DNA from: Ferroacidibacillus organovorans
GTDB lineage: Bacteria > Bacillota > Bacilli > Alicyclobacillales > SLC66
NCBI RefSeq assembly: GCF_001642725.1
Contig: NZ_LSUQ01000001.1
Location: forward strand, 1-64,000
DNA length: 64,000 nucleotides
Reading direction: 5' to 3'
In this document: positions 10,426-20,939 of the stretch, in pieces
Numbering within the stretch: position 1 is the stretch's first letter
Layout of the letters: each line of letters opens with the position of its first letter
Notes under the pieces: generated by a model
What the model was told of the DNA's origin: nothing
The model's database searches: none
The model's input: the letters and a program-made list of their open reading frames with translations, nothing else
Program-made: the position numbers and the translations under genes

Positions 10426-12162
10426 GTGAGCGCGAGCCAGACGTTTGAGACGATTCAAGCGCATCCGGAAAAACGGAAAATGCCTAAAGTCTCACTCGGC
10501 GCTGAACTGTTGTGCGACCTGCTGATTCAAGCGGGTGTCGACACAATCTTTGGCTATCCGGGTGGTGCAGTGTTACCGATCTACGACGCACTTTTTGACG
10601 CACCGCTCCGACATATTCTGACGCGCCACGAACAGGGCGCCATCCACGCGGCGCAAGGGTTTTCTCGCGCGACCGGGCGACCGGGCGTAGTGCTTGCGAC
10701 GTCGGGGCCGGGCGCCACTAACCTTGTCACCGGGATCACCGACGCGTTTATGGATTCGACGCCGGTGATCATTTTGACAGGCCAAGTGGCCTCGGAGAAA
10801 ATTGGCAGCGACGCGTTTCAAGAGGCAGATATCATCGGAATCACCTTGCCGATTACGAAACACAATTATCAGGTGAGAAACATCGCAGACCTCCCGCAGG
10901 TCATCGCTGACGCGTTTCACATCGCGACTACCGGGCGACCGGGTCCGGTCTTGATCGATCTCCCAAAGGACATGATGTCAGGTCCCGCGCAGCGATGCCA
11001 AATGCCAGAGCCAGCGCCGCGCGGCTATCGTGTCCCAAAGGCGCCAGATCCTGTGGTGCTCGAGCAAGTTGCGGCAGAGATCAAGCGGGCAAAACGTCCG
11101 CTGCTTTATATCGGCGGCGGGATTATCAGTTCGAAGTCCTCGGAAGATCTGCGCGAATTCGCACGGAGGAATCAAATCCCGGTAACGTCGACGCTCCTCG
11201 GGCTTGGCGCTTATCCGGCAGGGGATGACCTGTTCGTTGGAATGCTTGGCATGCACGGCATCTATGCCGCGAATCGGGCGATCACAGAGTGCGATGTTTT
11301 GATCGCGCTCGGGGTGCGCTTTGACGATCGCGTGACGGGTAAGCTTGAACGCTTTTCTCCCCACTCAAAGAAGATTCACGTTGACATCGACCCAGCAGAA
11401 ATCAATAAGAATGTACCTGTCATGTGGCCAGTGGTGGCGGATGTCGGCATGACGCTGCGCGGGCTCTTGGCGCTTGACTGCGTCCCGGATGCTGAGGCGT
11501 GGCGGCGGCAGATTGCCGGATGGCATGAGGAGTGGCCGCTGTCCTATCGCCCGGCGCAGGATGGACTAAAACCTCAGCGTGTCGTTGAGTTATTGGCAGA
11601 AGCGACAAAAGGGCAAGCCATCGTGACGACAGAAGTTGGGCAGCACCAAATGTGGGCGGCGCTTTTTTACCCATTCACGCGACCGCGCCAATGGATCACG
11701 TCAGGCGGTCTCGGCACGATGGGCTTTGGATTTCCCGCGGCGATGGGTGCGCAAGTTGCAATGCCGGAGCAAACGGTCGTATGTATCGCCGGCGATGCGA
11801 GTTTCCAAATGAACGTGCAAGAATTGCAAACGATCGTTGAGAACAAGTTGCCGGTTAAAGTGGCAATTCTAAACAACGGATTTCTCGGCATGGTGCGCCA
11901 GTGGCAGCAGTTTTTTCACGAGCGTCGCTATGCAGAGAGTCGCATTGGGTCTCCTGATTATGTGAAACTCGCTGATGCGTATGGCGCACTCGGATTGCGC
12001 GCGGCAAACGCGCACGAGGCTGAGGCAATCATTGAACAGGCGTTACGCCACGATGGGCCGGTGATCATGGAGTTTCTCGTTCACGAAGAGGAGAACGTGT
12101 TCCCGATGGTTCCTCCTGGTGCAGGGACGGATCAGATGACACTGGAATGGGAGGAGGCGTGA
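10426..12162 (+). CDS. ilvB: Acetolactate synthase large subunit
   Basis: FGYPGG, RHEQGA, TSGPGATN, GDASFQMN ThDP motif. Confidence 0.96.
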   Translation: MSASQTFETIQAHPEKRKMPKVSLGAELLCDLLIQAGVDTIFGYPGGAVLPIYDALFDAPLRHILTRHEQGAIHAAQGFSRATGRPGVVLATSGPGATNLVTGITDAFMDSTPVIILTGQVASEKIGSDAFQEADIIGITLPITKHNYQVRNIADLPQVIADAFHIATTGRPGPVLIDLPKDMMSGPAQRCQMPEPAPRGYRVPKAPDPVVLEQVAAEIKRAKRPLLYIGGGIISSKSSEDLREFARRNQIPVTSTLLGLGAYPAGDDLFVGMLGMHGIYAANRAITECDVLIALGVRFDDRVTGKLERFSPHSKKIHVDIDPAEINKNVPVMWPVVADVGMTLRGLLALDCVPDAEAWRRQIAGWHEEWPLSYRPAQDGLKPQRVVELLAEATKGQAIVTTEVGQHQMWAALFYPFTRPRQWITSGGLGTMGFGFPAAMGAQVAMPEQTVVCIAGDASFQMNVQELQTIVENKLPVKVAILNNGFLGMVRQWQQFFHERRYAESRIGSPDYVKLADAYGALGLRAANAHEAEAIIEQALRHDGPVIMEFLVHEEENVFPMVPPGAGTDQMTLEWEEA

Positions 12163-12689
12163 TGATGGAGCGAATCCTCAGTGTGATTGTCAATGATCGC
12201 CCCGGTGTCCTCGCGCGCGTTGCCGGCCTTTTTTCCAGACGCGGTTTTAACATTGAAAGCATCACCGTCGGGTCGGCTGAAGAGCCGACCTATAGTCGCA
12301 TGACGATTGTAAGCCACGGCGATGACGCGATGGCTCAGCAGATGGTCGTTCAATTGATGAAACTGGTGGATGTGATCGATGTGCACGACATCTCGCGCGA
12401 GAAGGTAGTTTCACGCGAACTCGCGCTCATCAAGGTGCGAATCGCCAAGGAGACGCGCATGGAAATTTCTCATATCCTCGAACCGTTTCGCGTTTCGATT
12501 GTCGATGTGGGTCACACGTCCATGAGCGTTGAAGTGACAGGAGACACGGAGAAGGTAGATGCGCTTATTGGTCTCCTTTCACCCTATGGCGTGCTTGCAA
12601 TCGCGCGCACAGGTGTGACGGCGCTCGTGCGTTCAGGGATCTCCGAGGCGGACTCTTATGACGAACGGCAAACGGCATGGCCGATGTAG
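12162..12689 (+). CDS. ilvH: Acetolactate synthase small subunit
   Basis: [29 protein letters not shown] domain. Confidence 0.95.
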   Translation: MMERILSVIVNDRPGVLARVAGLFSRRGFNIESITVGSAEEPTYSRMTIVSHGDDAMAQQMVVQLMKLVDVIDVHDISREKVVSRELALIKVRIAKETRMEISHILEPFRVSIVDVGHTSMSVEVTGDTEKVDALIGLLSPYGVLAIARTGVTALVRSGISEADSYDERQTAWPM

Positions 12690-12727
12690 TGATGCAGAGA
12701 AAAATGAAATTATGGGAGAGATCATTT

Positions 12728-13714
12728 ATGCAAATGTTTTATGAAAATGACGCAAACCTTCACATCCTCGCGGAAAAAACGGTCGCCGTGGTCGGCTATG
12801 GAAGTCAGGGCCACGCGCAAGCGCAAAATTTGCGCGATAGCGGTGTGCGCGTGATCATTGCGCAGCGCAACGGCAAGTCGGCGGATAAAGCGCGTGAAGA
12901 CGGCTTCACGGTTGTCAGCGTGGCAGAAGCTGCACAGACTGCCGATATTTTGCAAATCCTTCTGCCAGACGAATCGCAGGCGCGCGTATATAAGGAAGAA
13001 ATTGAGCCGTATCTGCGCAGCGGGCAGACACTTATGTTTTCACACGGTTTTAATATCCACTTTCAACAAATTAAACCACCCACCTTTGTCGATGTCGTGC
13101 TAGCGGCGCCTAAAGGGCCGGGACATCTCGTTCGCCGCGTCTATGAGGGCGGCGCGGGCGTTCCAGCATTGATCGCAGTGGCTCAGGATGCATCGGGACA
13201 CGCGCGGGAAACGGCGCTCGCCTATGCGAAAGGGATCGGCGCGACGCGCGCGGGCGTTCTTGAAACTACCTTTAAAGAAGAGACGGAGACCGATCTGTTC
13301 GGCGAGCAGGCCGTGCTTTGCGGCGGTGTGAGCGCGCTTGTCAAAGCAGGCTTTGAGACGCTTGTCGATGCGGGGTATCAACCGGAAATTGCATTTTTTG
13401 AATGCTGCCACGAACTCAAGCTCATTGTCGATCTCATCTATGAAGGTGGGCTTGAGCGCATGCACGACTCGATTAGCGACACGGCAGAGTATGGCGATTA
13501 TACCGCAGGACCAAAAATTGTCACAGATGAGACAAGGCGCGCGATGAAAGCGATTCTAAAAGACATACAGACGGGTGTCTTCGCACGCAACTGGATTCTT
13601 GAAAACCAAGCTGGACGACCCTCCTTCTCAGCGATGCGCCGCATCGACGCGGAACATCCCTTGGAGCAGGTTGGAAAAGAACTCCGCGGCATGATGAGTT
13701 TTATTGCGAAATAA
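12728..13714 (+). CDS. ilvC: Ketol-acid reductoisomerase
   Basis: [31 protein letters not shown]. Confidence 0.97.
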   Translation: MQMFYENDANLHILAEKTVAVVGYGSQGHAQAQNLRDSGVRVIIAQRNGKSADKAREDGFTVVSVAEAAQTADILQILLPDESQARVYKEEIEPYLRSGQTLMFSHGFNIHFQQIKPPTFVDVVLAAPKGPGHLVRRVYEGGAGVPALIAVAQDASGHARETALAYAKGIGATRAGVLETTFKEETETDLFGEQAVLCGGVSALVKAGFETLVDAGYQPEIAFFECCHELKLIVDLIYEGGLERMHDSISDTAEYGDYTAGPKIVTDETRRAMKAILKDIQTGVFARNWILENQAGRPSFSAMRRIDAEHPLEQVGKELRGMMSFIAK

Positions 13715-13745
13715 ACAAATAAAATGTGTAGCTGTGTAGAATCGA

Positions 13746-13785
13746 CAAGCGCGTGTCACCCGCACGGTGTGGGTACGCGCGCTTG
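13746..13785 (+). other. Intergenic stem-loop between ilvC and leuA (no clear U-tail; stabiliser or processing element)
   Basis: CAAGCGCGTGT...ACGCGCGCTTG inverted repeat. Confidence 0.45.
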
Positions 13786-13812
13786 CGAACCATATGAAAG
13801 GAGTGAGTCACG

Positions 13813-15345
13813 ATGAGGCGGATCCGCATTTTTGACACCACATTGCGCGATGGAGAGCAATCCCCGGGTGTGACGCTGACCCCGGCAGAAAAGTTGGAGA
13901 TTGCGAGGCAACTGGTTCGACTTCGAGTCGACGTGATCGAAGCGGGCTATCCGGCCGCATCACCTGGTGACTTTTCCTCCGTTGAAGCGATTTCTCGCGT
14001 CGCCAAAGGGGTTACTGTCTGTGGACTTGCGCGCGCGGTGCAAAGCGATATTCAAACAGCCTATGACGCGATTAAAGAGGCAGATGACCCGCGCATTCAC
14101 TTGTTTTTAGCTACATCGAATATACACATGGAAAAAAAATTGCGCTTGACGCGCGCACAAGTTGAAGAGCAAGTGGATCGTATGGTTCGCTTCGCGGCAA
14201 CGCTTACGCCAAACGTACAGTTTTCACCGGAAGACGGCGGCCGTACAGATCTTGATTTTCTTGTGCGCATCGTCGAGATTGCCATTCGCGCCGGCGCCAA
14301 GGTGATCAACATCCCCGACACGGTTGGCTTCTTGTTGCCATCGGAGTATGCCATGCGCATGAAGCATGTGCGCGATCACGTGGAGTTTGGTGATGTGCAG
14401 CTCTCCGCGCACTGTCACGACGATCTTGGACTCGCAGTCGCCAATTCTCTCGCTGCCATCTCAGCGGGTGTCGATCAAGTGGAGGGAACGATCAACGGAA
14501 TCGGGGAGCGCGCTGGCAATGCATCTTTGGAAGAGATTGCAGTCGCTCTGTCGCTTCGCGCAGAGCAGTTTGGCGCGTCGACAAATATCGATCTCTCGCA
14601 AATCGTTCGCACATCGCGTCTTGTCAGTCGCTTGACTGGGATGGTTGTCCCGCCTAACAAAGCCGTGGTGGGCGCAAACGCGTTTGCACACGAATCGGGT
14701 ATTCATCAAGACGGGGTCATCAAAGAGCGTACGACGTATGAAATTATTGATCCATCCTCCGTGGGTCTCACGGAGAATCGTTCGCTCGTTCTCGGGAAGC
14801 ATTCTGGGCGTCACGCATTTCGCAAGAACCTCGAAGAAATGGGATATGTGCTCGCCGATGGAGACCTCGCAGAAGTCTTTAAGCGTTTCAAGGCGTTGTG
14901 TGACCGCAAAAAAATTGTGACAGAAGAGGACATTCTTGCGCTCGTTGATGAGCGTTACCACGAGGATGTCGTAGGGCCGTACGCGCTTGACTATCTTCAC
15001 GTTTCTACGGGCAATTTTGCGCTCGCGACAGCGACGGTTCGCGTGACGGGACCAGACGGCGTGAAGGAGGAGGCAGCGGTCGGGAACGGTGGCGTCGAGG
15101 CGATTTACAATGCGCTTGATCGCGTGACCGGTGAGCAACTGGAACTCAAGTCGTATCAGATTCTATCGGTGACACCAGGACAGGATGCGCTCGGTGAGGT
15201 GCGCGTGCAGATTGCGGCGGGCGTCCATCGCGTCGCTGGTCGCTATGTGGCGAGCGACGTGTTAGAGGCATCCGCGCGCGCGTATCTGGATGCGATCAAT
15301 CGTTTGATTTATGTGCGCGGCGCTAAAATGACTGTGCAGAACTGA
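13813..15345 (+). CDS. leuA: 2-isopropylmalate synthase
   Basis: DTTLRDGEQ, HCHDDLG, GERAGN, HESGIHQDG and a C-terminal regulatory domain. Confidence 0.96.
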   Translation: MRRIRIFDTTLRDGEQSPGVTLTPAEKLEIARQLVRLRVDVIEAGYPAASPGDFSSVEAISRVAKGVTVCGLARAVQSDIQTAYDAIKEADDPRIHLFLATSNIHMEKKLRLTRAQVEEQVDRMVRFAATLTPNVQFSPEDGGRTDLDFLVRIVEIAIRAGAKVINIPDTVGFLLPSEYAMRMKHVRDHVEFGDVQLSAHCHDDLGLAVANSLAAISAGVDQVEGTINGIGERAGNASLEEIAVALSLRAEQFGASTNIDLSQIVRTSRLVSRLTGMVVPPNKAVVGANAFAHESGIHQDGVIKERTTYEIIDPSSVGLTENRSLVLGKHSGRHAFRKNLEEMGYVLADGDLAEVFKRFKALCDRKKIVTEEDILALVDERYHEDVVGPYALDYLHVSTGNFALATATVRVTGPDGVKEEAAVGNGGVEAIYNALDRVTGEQLELKSYQILSVTPGQDALGEVRVQIAAGVHRVAGRYVASDVLEASARAYLDAINRLIYVRGAKMTVQN

Positions 15346-15383
15346 TTCTTTATCGTTTTACAGGTTGAAATGGAGGGTTTTCC

Positions 15384-16451
15384 TTGGCAAAACGTGTGGC
15401 ACTCTTGCCGGGCGATGGGATCGGACCGGACGTTGTCGCATCGGCAGTCCGGGTGCTTCGGCAGGTCTTTTCTGACCGCCCAGAGGCACTCTCGTTTCAG
15501 TACCATCTCCTTGGCGGTTCGGCGATCGATGAGACGGGCCAGCCTTTTCCAGAAGAGACGCGCGCGGCGGTGCTCGCCTCTGACGCGGTTTTGTTGGGAG
15601 CTGTCGGCGGACCAAAGTGGGACAAAGGGCCAGGTCACTTGCGCCCTGAAGCGGGACTTCTCGCGCTGCGCAAGACGCTTGGCGTCTACGCGAATATGCG
15701 CCCTGTGCGCGCGTACGAAAGACTGCTCGACGCGTCACCTCTACGCCTTGATGTGGCAAAAGGGGTTGATCTCCTCATCATCAGAGAGTTGACTGGCGGA
15801 ATCTATTTTGGCGAACGGGAGCGCGGGGATACGGCGCTCGAGGGGCGTTTTGCCAAAGACACGATGTATTACACAGAGATGGAGATTCGGCGTGTTGTAA
15901 AAAAGGGGTTTGAGGCGGCGCGCGATCGCAAAGGCCATCTCACCTCGGTAGACAAGGCGAATGTGCTCGACAGCTCGCGCCTCTGGCGCGAGGTGGTCGA
16001 TGACATGAAAAAGGATTTCCCAGATGTTACGGTGGAGCACGTGCTCGTTGATTCCTGCGCGATGCACCTTGTCACAAGGCCGGAGCGTTTTGATGTCATT
16101 GTCACAGAGAACCTGTTTGGGGATATCCTGAGTGACGAAGCGGCCGTTTTGACTGGATCGATTGGTGTGCTTCCGTCTGCAAGCCTCGGCGATGGGCCAG
16201 GGCTGTACGAGCCAATTCACGGTTCAGCGCCTGACATCGCGGGAAAGGGGATCGCGAACCCACTCGGCACGATTCTTTCGGCTGCAATGATGCTGCGTCA
16301 TTCGCTCGCAGAGCCTGAGCGCGCGGAGCGCATGGAGGCGGCGGTTTCGCGTGTCATCGATGCGGGACTGCGCACGGCCGATCTGGCGCGCGGGCAAGCA
16401 TCCGTTTCAACGAATGCAATGACCGATGCGGTGATTGCGGCGCTGCTTTAG
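15384..16451 (+). CDS. leuB: 3-isopropylmalate dehydrogenase
   Basis: GDGIGP, RELTGGIYFG, NLFGDILSDE, EPIHGSAPDIAG. Confidence 0.96.
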   Translation: MAKRVALLPGDGIGPDVVASAVRVLRQVFSDRPEALSFQYHLLGGSAIDETGQPFPEETRAAVLASDAVLLGAVGGPKWDKGPGHLRPEAGLLALRKTLGVYANMRPVRAYERLLDASPLRLDVAKGVDLLIIRELTGGIYFGERERGDTALEGRFAKDTMYYTEMEIRRVVKKGFEAARDRKGHLTSVDKANVLDSSRLWREVVDDMKKDFPDVTVEHVLVDSCAMHLVTRPERFDVIVTENLFGDILSDEAAVLTGSIGVLPSASLGDGPGLYEPIHGSAPDIAGKGIANPLGTILSAAMMLRHSLAEPERAERMEAAVSRVIDAGLRTADLARGQASVSTNAMTDAVIAALL

Positions 16452-16491
16452 GAATGATGAGTTAAAACGAGTAAAGTGGATGAATTCTGTC

Positions 16492-16544
16492 AAGCCTATG
16501 AATCAGGCGTGGTATACTGATTCGTAGGCTTACGTTCTGTTTTT
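16492..16544 (+). terminator. Probable terminator after leuB
   Basis: AAGCCTATGAATCAG / CTGATTCGTAGGCTT hairpin followed by a T-rich run. Confidence 0.6.
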
Positions 16545-16581
16545 ATGCGCGTGCGACGTGGCTCGAGGAGGAAGATTTACG

Positions 16582-18261
16582 ATGGACAAGCCAGTCATCG
16601 TTCAGATGGATGGATCAATCTTATTGGATGTGCATCATTCTGACGCAGATGCGGCGAGGCAATGTCTCGTTCCTTTTGCAGAGCTAGAAAAGAGCCCAGA
16701 TCATTTTCACACGTATCGCGTTACTGCGCTATCTCTCTGGAATGCGGCGTCGGCGGGCCACCGCTCAGCAGAAATTGTGGAGAATCTGCGCTCGATCAGC
16801 CGCTACGATGTACCGCCGCCGATTATTCGTTTCATCACAGAGACAATGGATCGCTACGGCATCCTCGAACTTCATCGCGGTGAAAACGGATTGACCCTCT
16901 TCAGCCATGACCCGCTTGCGCTTCTCGAAGTGACTCAACATCGCTCCATCGCGCCGTTTGTGCGCCGAAATGTCTCCGCTTCTGCGGTTGAGATTCCACT
17001 GCTCGCGCGTGGAACAATTAAGGTGGCGCTGACGAAACTCGGCTATCCTGTTCGGGATCTGGCTGGCTATGCCGAAGGGCAACCTCTGCAATTCTCGCTG
17101 CGCGAGTTTTTGGGTGAGGGAGTTCCGTTTACGCTGCGCGACTATCAGGAACAGGCGGCAGAGTCGTTTCACGAAGGCGGCAATCTGTCAGGCGGATCGG
17201 GCGTTCTGACGCTGCCGTGCGGCGCTGGAAAAACGATTATTGGCCTGCGCGCAATGGAACTTCTGCAAACTTCGACGCTCATTCTTGCGGCGAACGTGAC
17301 GGCAGCCAGGCAGTGGATTCACGAGTGTATCGACAAGACGACGCTCACGCCAGACCAAGTCGCCGAGTACAGTGGAGAGAGTAAAATGACGGCGCCTGTC
17401 ACCGTGGCAACCTATCAGATTCTCAGCTACCGTCCTCGTGGGAAGGATGATTTTCCCCATTTATCACTTTTATCCTCACATAACTGGGGTCTCATTATTT
17501 ACGATGAGGTCCATCTTCTTCCGGCGCCCGTATTTCGCATTACAGCAGAGATTCAGGCGCGCCGCCGACTGGGACTCACCGCGACACTTGTGCGCGAAGA
17601 TGGGAAGGAAGAAGAGGTCTTCTCGCTTATCGGCCCCAAAAAGTTTGACGCACCGTGGAAAGAGCTCGAGGCGCAGGGGTATATCGCGACGGCGATGTGC
17701 ACGGAGGTGCGTGTCGGGTTGAACGATGAGGAGCGCCGTCACTACGCGGTCTCTGAACTCCGCGAGAAGGCGCGAATTGCGGCTGAGGCGAAGGAGAAGG
17801 AAGACGCGGTGCTGCGGCTTGTCGCGCGACATCCACAAGACATGATTCTCATCATCGGACAGTACATTGATCAACTCAAGCGGATCGCGGAGAAACTAAG
17901 CGCTCCTTTGATTACAGGAAGTACAAAATCGCGTGAGCGGGATGAACTCTACCAGGCGTTTCGCATTGGCGAATTGCGCGTTCTTGTCGTCTCGAAGGTT
18001 GCCAATTTCTCAATTGACCTCCCCGACGCTTCTGTCGCGATTCAGATTTCCGGCGCGTTTGGGTCACGCCAGGAAGAGGCGCAACGCCTTGGACGGATTA
18101 TGCGCCCAAAGGCGGACGGAATGACCGCCCACTTTTATTCGGTGGTGACACGGGAAACGAAGGATCAGGAGTTTGCGCTCGGTCGTCAGCGTTTCTTAAC
18201 AGAGCAAGGCTATCAGTATGACATTGTCGATCTCGCGGATCTTGAAGAGGTGTACGCATAA
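16582..18261 (+). CDS. Bacterial XPB/Rad25-like SF2 DNA helicase
   Basis: FAELEKSP...SLWNA N-terminal domain, LPCGAGKT, DEVH, LTATLVRED, QRLGRIMR. Confidence 0.92.
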   Translation: MDKPVIVQMDGSILLDVHHSDADAARQCLVPFAELEKSPDHFHTYRVTALSLWNAASAGHRSAEIVENLRSISRYDVPPPIIRFITETMDRYGILELHRGENGLTLFSHDPLALLEVTQHRSIAPFVRRNVSASAVEIPLLARGTIKVALTKLGYPVRDLAGYAEGQPLQFSLREFLGEGVPFTLRDYQEQAAESFHEGGNLSGGSGVLTLPCGAGKTIIGLRAMELLQTSTLILAANVTAARQWIHECIDKTTLTPDQVAEYSGESKMTAPVTVATYQILSYRPRGKDDFPHLSLLSSHNWGLIIYDEVHLLPAPVFRITAEIQARRRLGLTATLVREDGKEEEVFSLIGPKKFDAPWKELEAQGYIATAMCTEVRVGLNDEERRHYAVSELREKARIAAEAKEKEDAVLRLVARHPQDMILIIGQYIDQLKRIAEKLSAPLITGSTKSRERDELYQAFRIGELRVLVVSKVANFSIDLPDASVAIQISGAFGSRQEEAQRLGRIMRPKADGMTAHFYSVVTRETKDQEFALGRQRFLTEQGYQYDIVDLADLEEVYA

Positions 18262-19926
18262 GTGAGACTTGATTACTATCTGGCGAATTTGACCAAGCAA
18301 AAGCTCCTCGTCATTGCTGAATATCTCGGGCAAGTGGTTGACGGGCCCAAAGAGAAAGTGGCTCAAAGTGTCATTCAGTCGCTCGTTCATGGATCGGGGT
18401 ATACGCAACTTTTCCATATGCTTACAGATCACGACAAACGAATCTTGCGGATCGCATTTGTCGAAATGATCGGGGACGGATTTGTCGTGTCCATCTCGAA
18501 ATCGAGGCTACTTCACTTAATTGAAGAGTCGTACGATGGAATGCCGGATGTAATCCCATCGATCAATCACCTCGCAGATCTAACCATGCTGATTCCTACA
18601 CAGATTTGGTATCTCGGTGATGGATTTGAAATGCCGAGGGAGTGCTTCGATCTTTTAAAAATGATCTATAAAGATGAAGTGGCGCGGCTGATTCCGTGTG
18701 TGCCAAAAGAGCATGTTACGGTGGAGCGCTCGCTCGGCTCGATGTTTGCAAACGACATGATCAGACTGATGACATACATAAGCACACACAGCGTATCCGC
18801 AACCAAAAATGATGTGGTTTATAAGCGTGAATTGCAGCGAATCAAACTGCTCTTTCGCACACTACACTATCAAAAAGAAGAAGTTGAGGAGGGCCCTTGG
18901 GCGGGCTTCCCTGAAGTCGTATACCTTGCGTTTCAGATCCTGAAGGATCTGTCTGTGATCACCATTGGAAACGGTTCGGTGCATCCTCAAGGAAAATTGA
19001 TGCGCGAGGTATTGACGCAGCCGTTTGATGAATTGCAACAGCAAATCGGAGAGACACTTTTTTCCAACCTATTATCTCCCCGTATGCAATCCCATTTTCA
19101 CGTCCTGTTATTTGAGATGATCATGTCAGCGAATGAAGAATCATGGTATGCCATCTATCACGGTATCTCGTCATGGCTCGAATTGCCTGACGGAAAGCGT
19201 TGCGCTGCGCACAATACAGCCGCGCGCCTGATCAGTGTGCTGGCGCTGATTGGACAGGTGGATTTTGGTTTCGATCGGAAGTATGGCCTGGTGTATAAGC
19301 GATGCCGCCCAATCACCGCGCGCCAAGGCAGAATCTCTGTGCAACCGAATCTCGACATCCTCGTTCCTGATGATGTTCATCCGATGCTGCACTTTTTTGT
19401 TGGTCAGTTTGCAACGCTTAAACGCGCGGATGAGATGTCTCTTTATACGATGGATCGTGAGTCGGTTTTGCAACTCTGCGATCACGGCTGGCGTGAGGCG
19501 GATTTGAATGATGCGCTTGATAAGTACTCTTCTGTTGCCATCGGGTCGTCGATTAAAAGATCGATTCGCGATTGGATGATTGCGTATAGTCGCGCGGTGA
19601 TCTGGGATGCGATGTTTGTGCGCTTCGAGCAGGAAGAGGTGTATCAGGCGTTTCTCGCAGACCCGCGAAGCAAAAAGTGTACGGTTGAGGCATTCGACCA
19701 GGTGGTTGTCACGATGCGCAGTGCAGAAAAAGTGGTGCGCGAGATCTTGAGTGACCTTGGAGCGCCTGCTCCGCTTGAGGTGCGTAGTGTAACAGAGGAT
19801 GTTCCGACGACGAAGGCGAAGCGGGGGGCGCCGAATAAAGCGAATACGCAGGCGCTGCGCATTCTGCAAAGTCGGGAGCTTATTCACTTGATCGACGATG
19901 CCCTTAGCATACACTCCACATTGTGA
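18262..19926 (+). CDS. XPB-associated protein with a C-terminal Helicase_C_3-like domain
   Basis: ISVQPNLDILVP...FATLKRAD...YTMDRESV...IRDW pattern; abuts the XPB stop. Confidence 0.65.
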   Translation: MRLDYYLANLTKQKLLVIAEYLGQVVDGPKEKVAQSVIQSLVHGSGYTQLFHMLTDHDKRILRIAFVEMIGDGFVVSISKSRLLHLIEESYDGMPDVIPSINHLADLTMLIPTQIWYLGDGFEMPRECFDLLKMIYKDEVARLIPCVPKEHVTVERSLGSMFANDMIRLMTYISTHSVSATKNDVVYKRELQRIKLLFRTLHYQKEEVEEGPWAGFPEVVYLAFQILKDLSVITIGNGSVHPQGKLMREVLTQPFDELQQQIGETLFSNLLSPRMQSHFHVLLFEMIMSANEESWYAIYHGISSWLELPDGKRCAAHNTAARLISVLALIGQVDFGFDRKYGLVYKRCRPITARQGRISVQPNLDILVPDDVHPMLHFFVGQFATLKRADEMSLYTMDRESVLQLCDHGWREADLNDALDKYSSVAIGSSIKRSIRDWMIAYSRAVIWDAMFVRFEQEEVYQAFLADPRSKKCTVEAFDQVVVTMRSAEKVVREILSDLGAPAPLEVRSVTEDVPTTKAKRGAPNKANTQALRILQSRELIHLIDDALSIHSTL

Positions 19927-20086
19927 CACTTTGACGGATTGACGAGAGGGACGAAGAAAAACCGTACCATTCGCCCTATTTCCTTTTCCGTGTAAAAACG
20001 ACCGTTCTCTCACATAGTAAGGATGTCCCTTCTGGTTCAACCACGTCCAGGGAACATGAGTGGAGAGAAGATGTGATAGAGTGCAG

Positions 20087-20923
20087 ATGAAAAAGAGAAT
20101 TCTTCCAATGGTTATAAGGCTTGGTATTGTGGGAATGTTGATTGCACTATGTGACGCGCCACTCGGTCAAACGGCAGAGGCGTTTCAGTGGTTTCCGAAG
20201 AAACAGGTAGCCAAACCCAATCTGCTGCCAACTCGACTTCATAAAACGGTTGTGGTTGATCCTGGTCACGGTGGCATTGATGGAGGTACGTCGCGAGGGG
20301 GATTGCTTGAGAAGACCATTACGTTGGAAATTGCCAAAAACCTCGCGCTTGAGCTTGATCGCGCCGGGTTTGACGTGACAATGACGCGCAGGACGGATAT
20401 CGATTGTTCCGGTCTGTTTCCATCCCCGCTGTCAGGCAGGCACCGCAGAGATCTGCAAAACCGTCTGGATTTGCTGCGCAAGGCGCGCGCAGTGGGCTTT
20501 TTAAGCATCCATGTGAACAGCTCAGCCAACCCGAGTGATCGCGGACCGCTTGTTTTCTACACGGTCCACTCAGAGGCGAGTCAACAGCTTGCGAGTCTTG
20601 TTCAGGCGAAACTAAACGCGTTGGCAGATACGACACAGCGACCGATTGGGCGCAAAAACCTGTTCGTGATTCGGCATGCGCCGTGTCCTGCCATTCTCGC
20701 AGAGGTGGGTTATGTGACGAACGACCGCGATGCGATCAAATTGCGGCAACCCATGTATCTAAAACAAGTGGCGCATGCGATTGCCGTTGGCGCAATTCCA
20801 TTTTTACGTCAACAGTCGACACCAAACGCAGTTGTTGGCAATCCGAATGATGATTGGGTACCGCCTGCACTGTCTCCCGCTGTGGTACAATCAGGAAGTT
20901 CAAACATGGCACAATCACGGTGA
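20087..20923 (+). CDS. N-acetylmuramoyl-L-alanine amidase (Amidase_3, CwlD-like)
   Basis: Signal/TM segment, DPGHGG.D, EK, SIHVN, AILAEVGY. Confidence 0.88.
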   Translation: MKKRILPMVIRLGIVGMLIALCDAPLGQTAEAFQWFPKKQVAKPNLLPTRLHKTVVVDPGHGGIDGGTSRGGLLEKTITLEIAKNLALELDRAGFDVTMTRRTDIDCSGLFPSPLSGRHRRDLQNRLDLLRKARAVGFLSIHVNSSANPSDRGPLVFYTVHSEASQQLASLVQAKLNALADTTQRPIGRKNLFVIRHAPCPAILAEVGYVTNDRDAIKLRQPMYLKQVAHAIAVGAIPFLRQQSTPNAVVGNPNDDWVPPALSPAVVQSGSSNMAQSR

Positions 20924-20939
20924 GATGCAGGGGGCTGGC

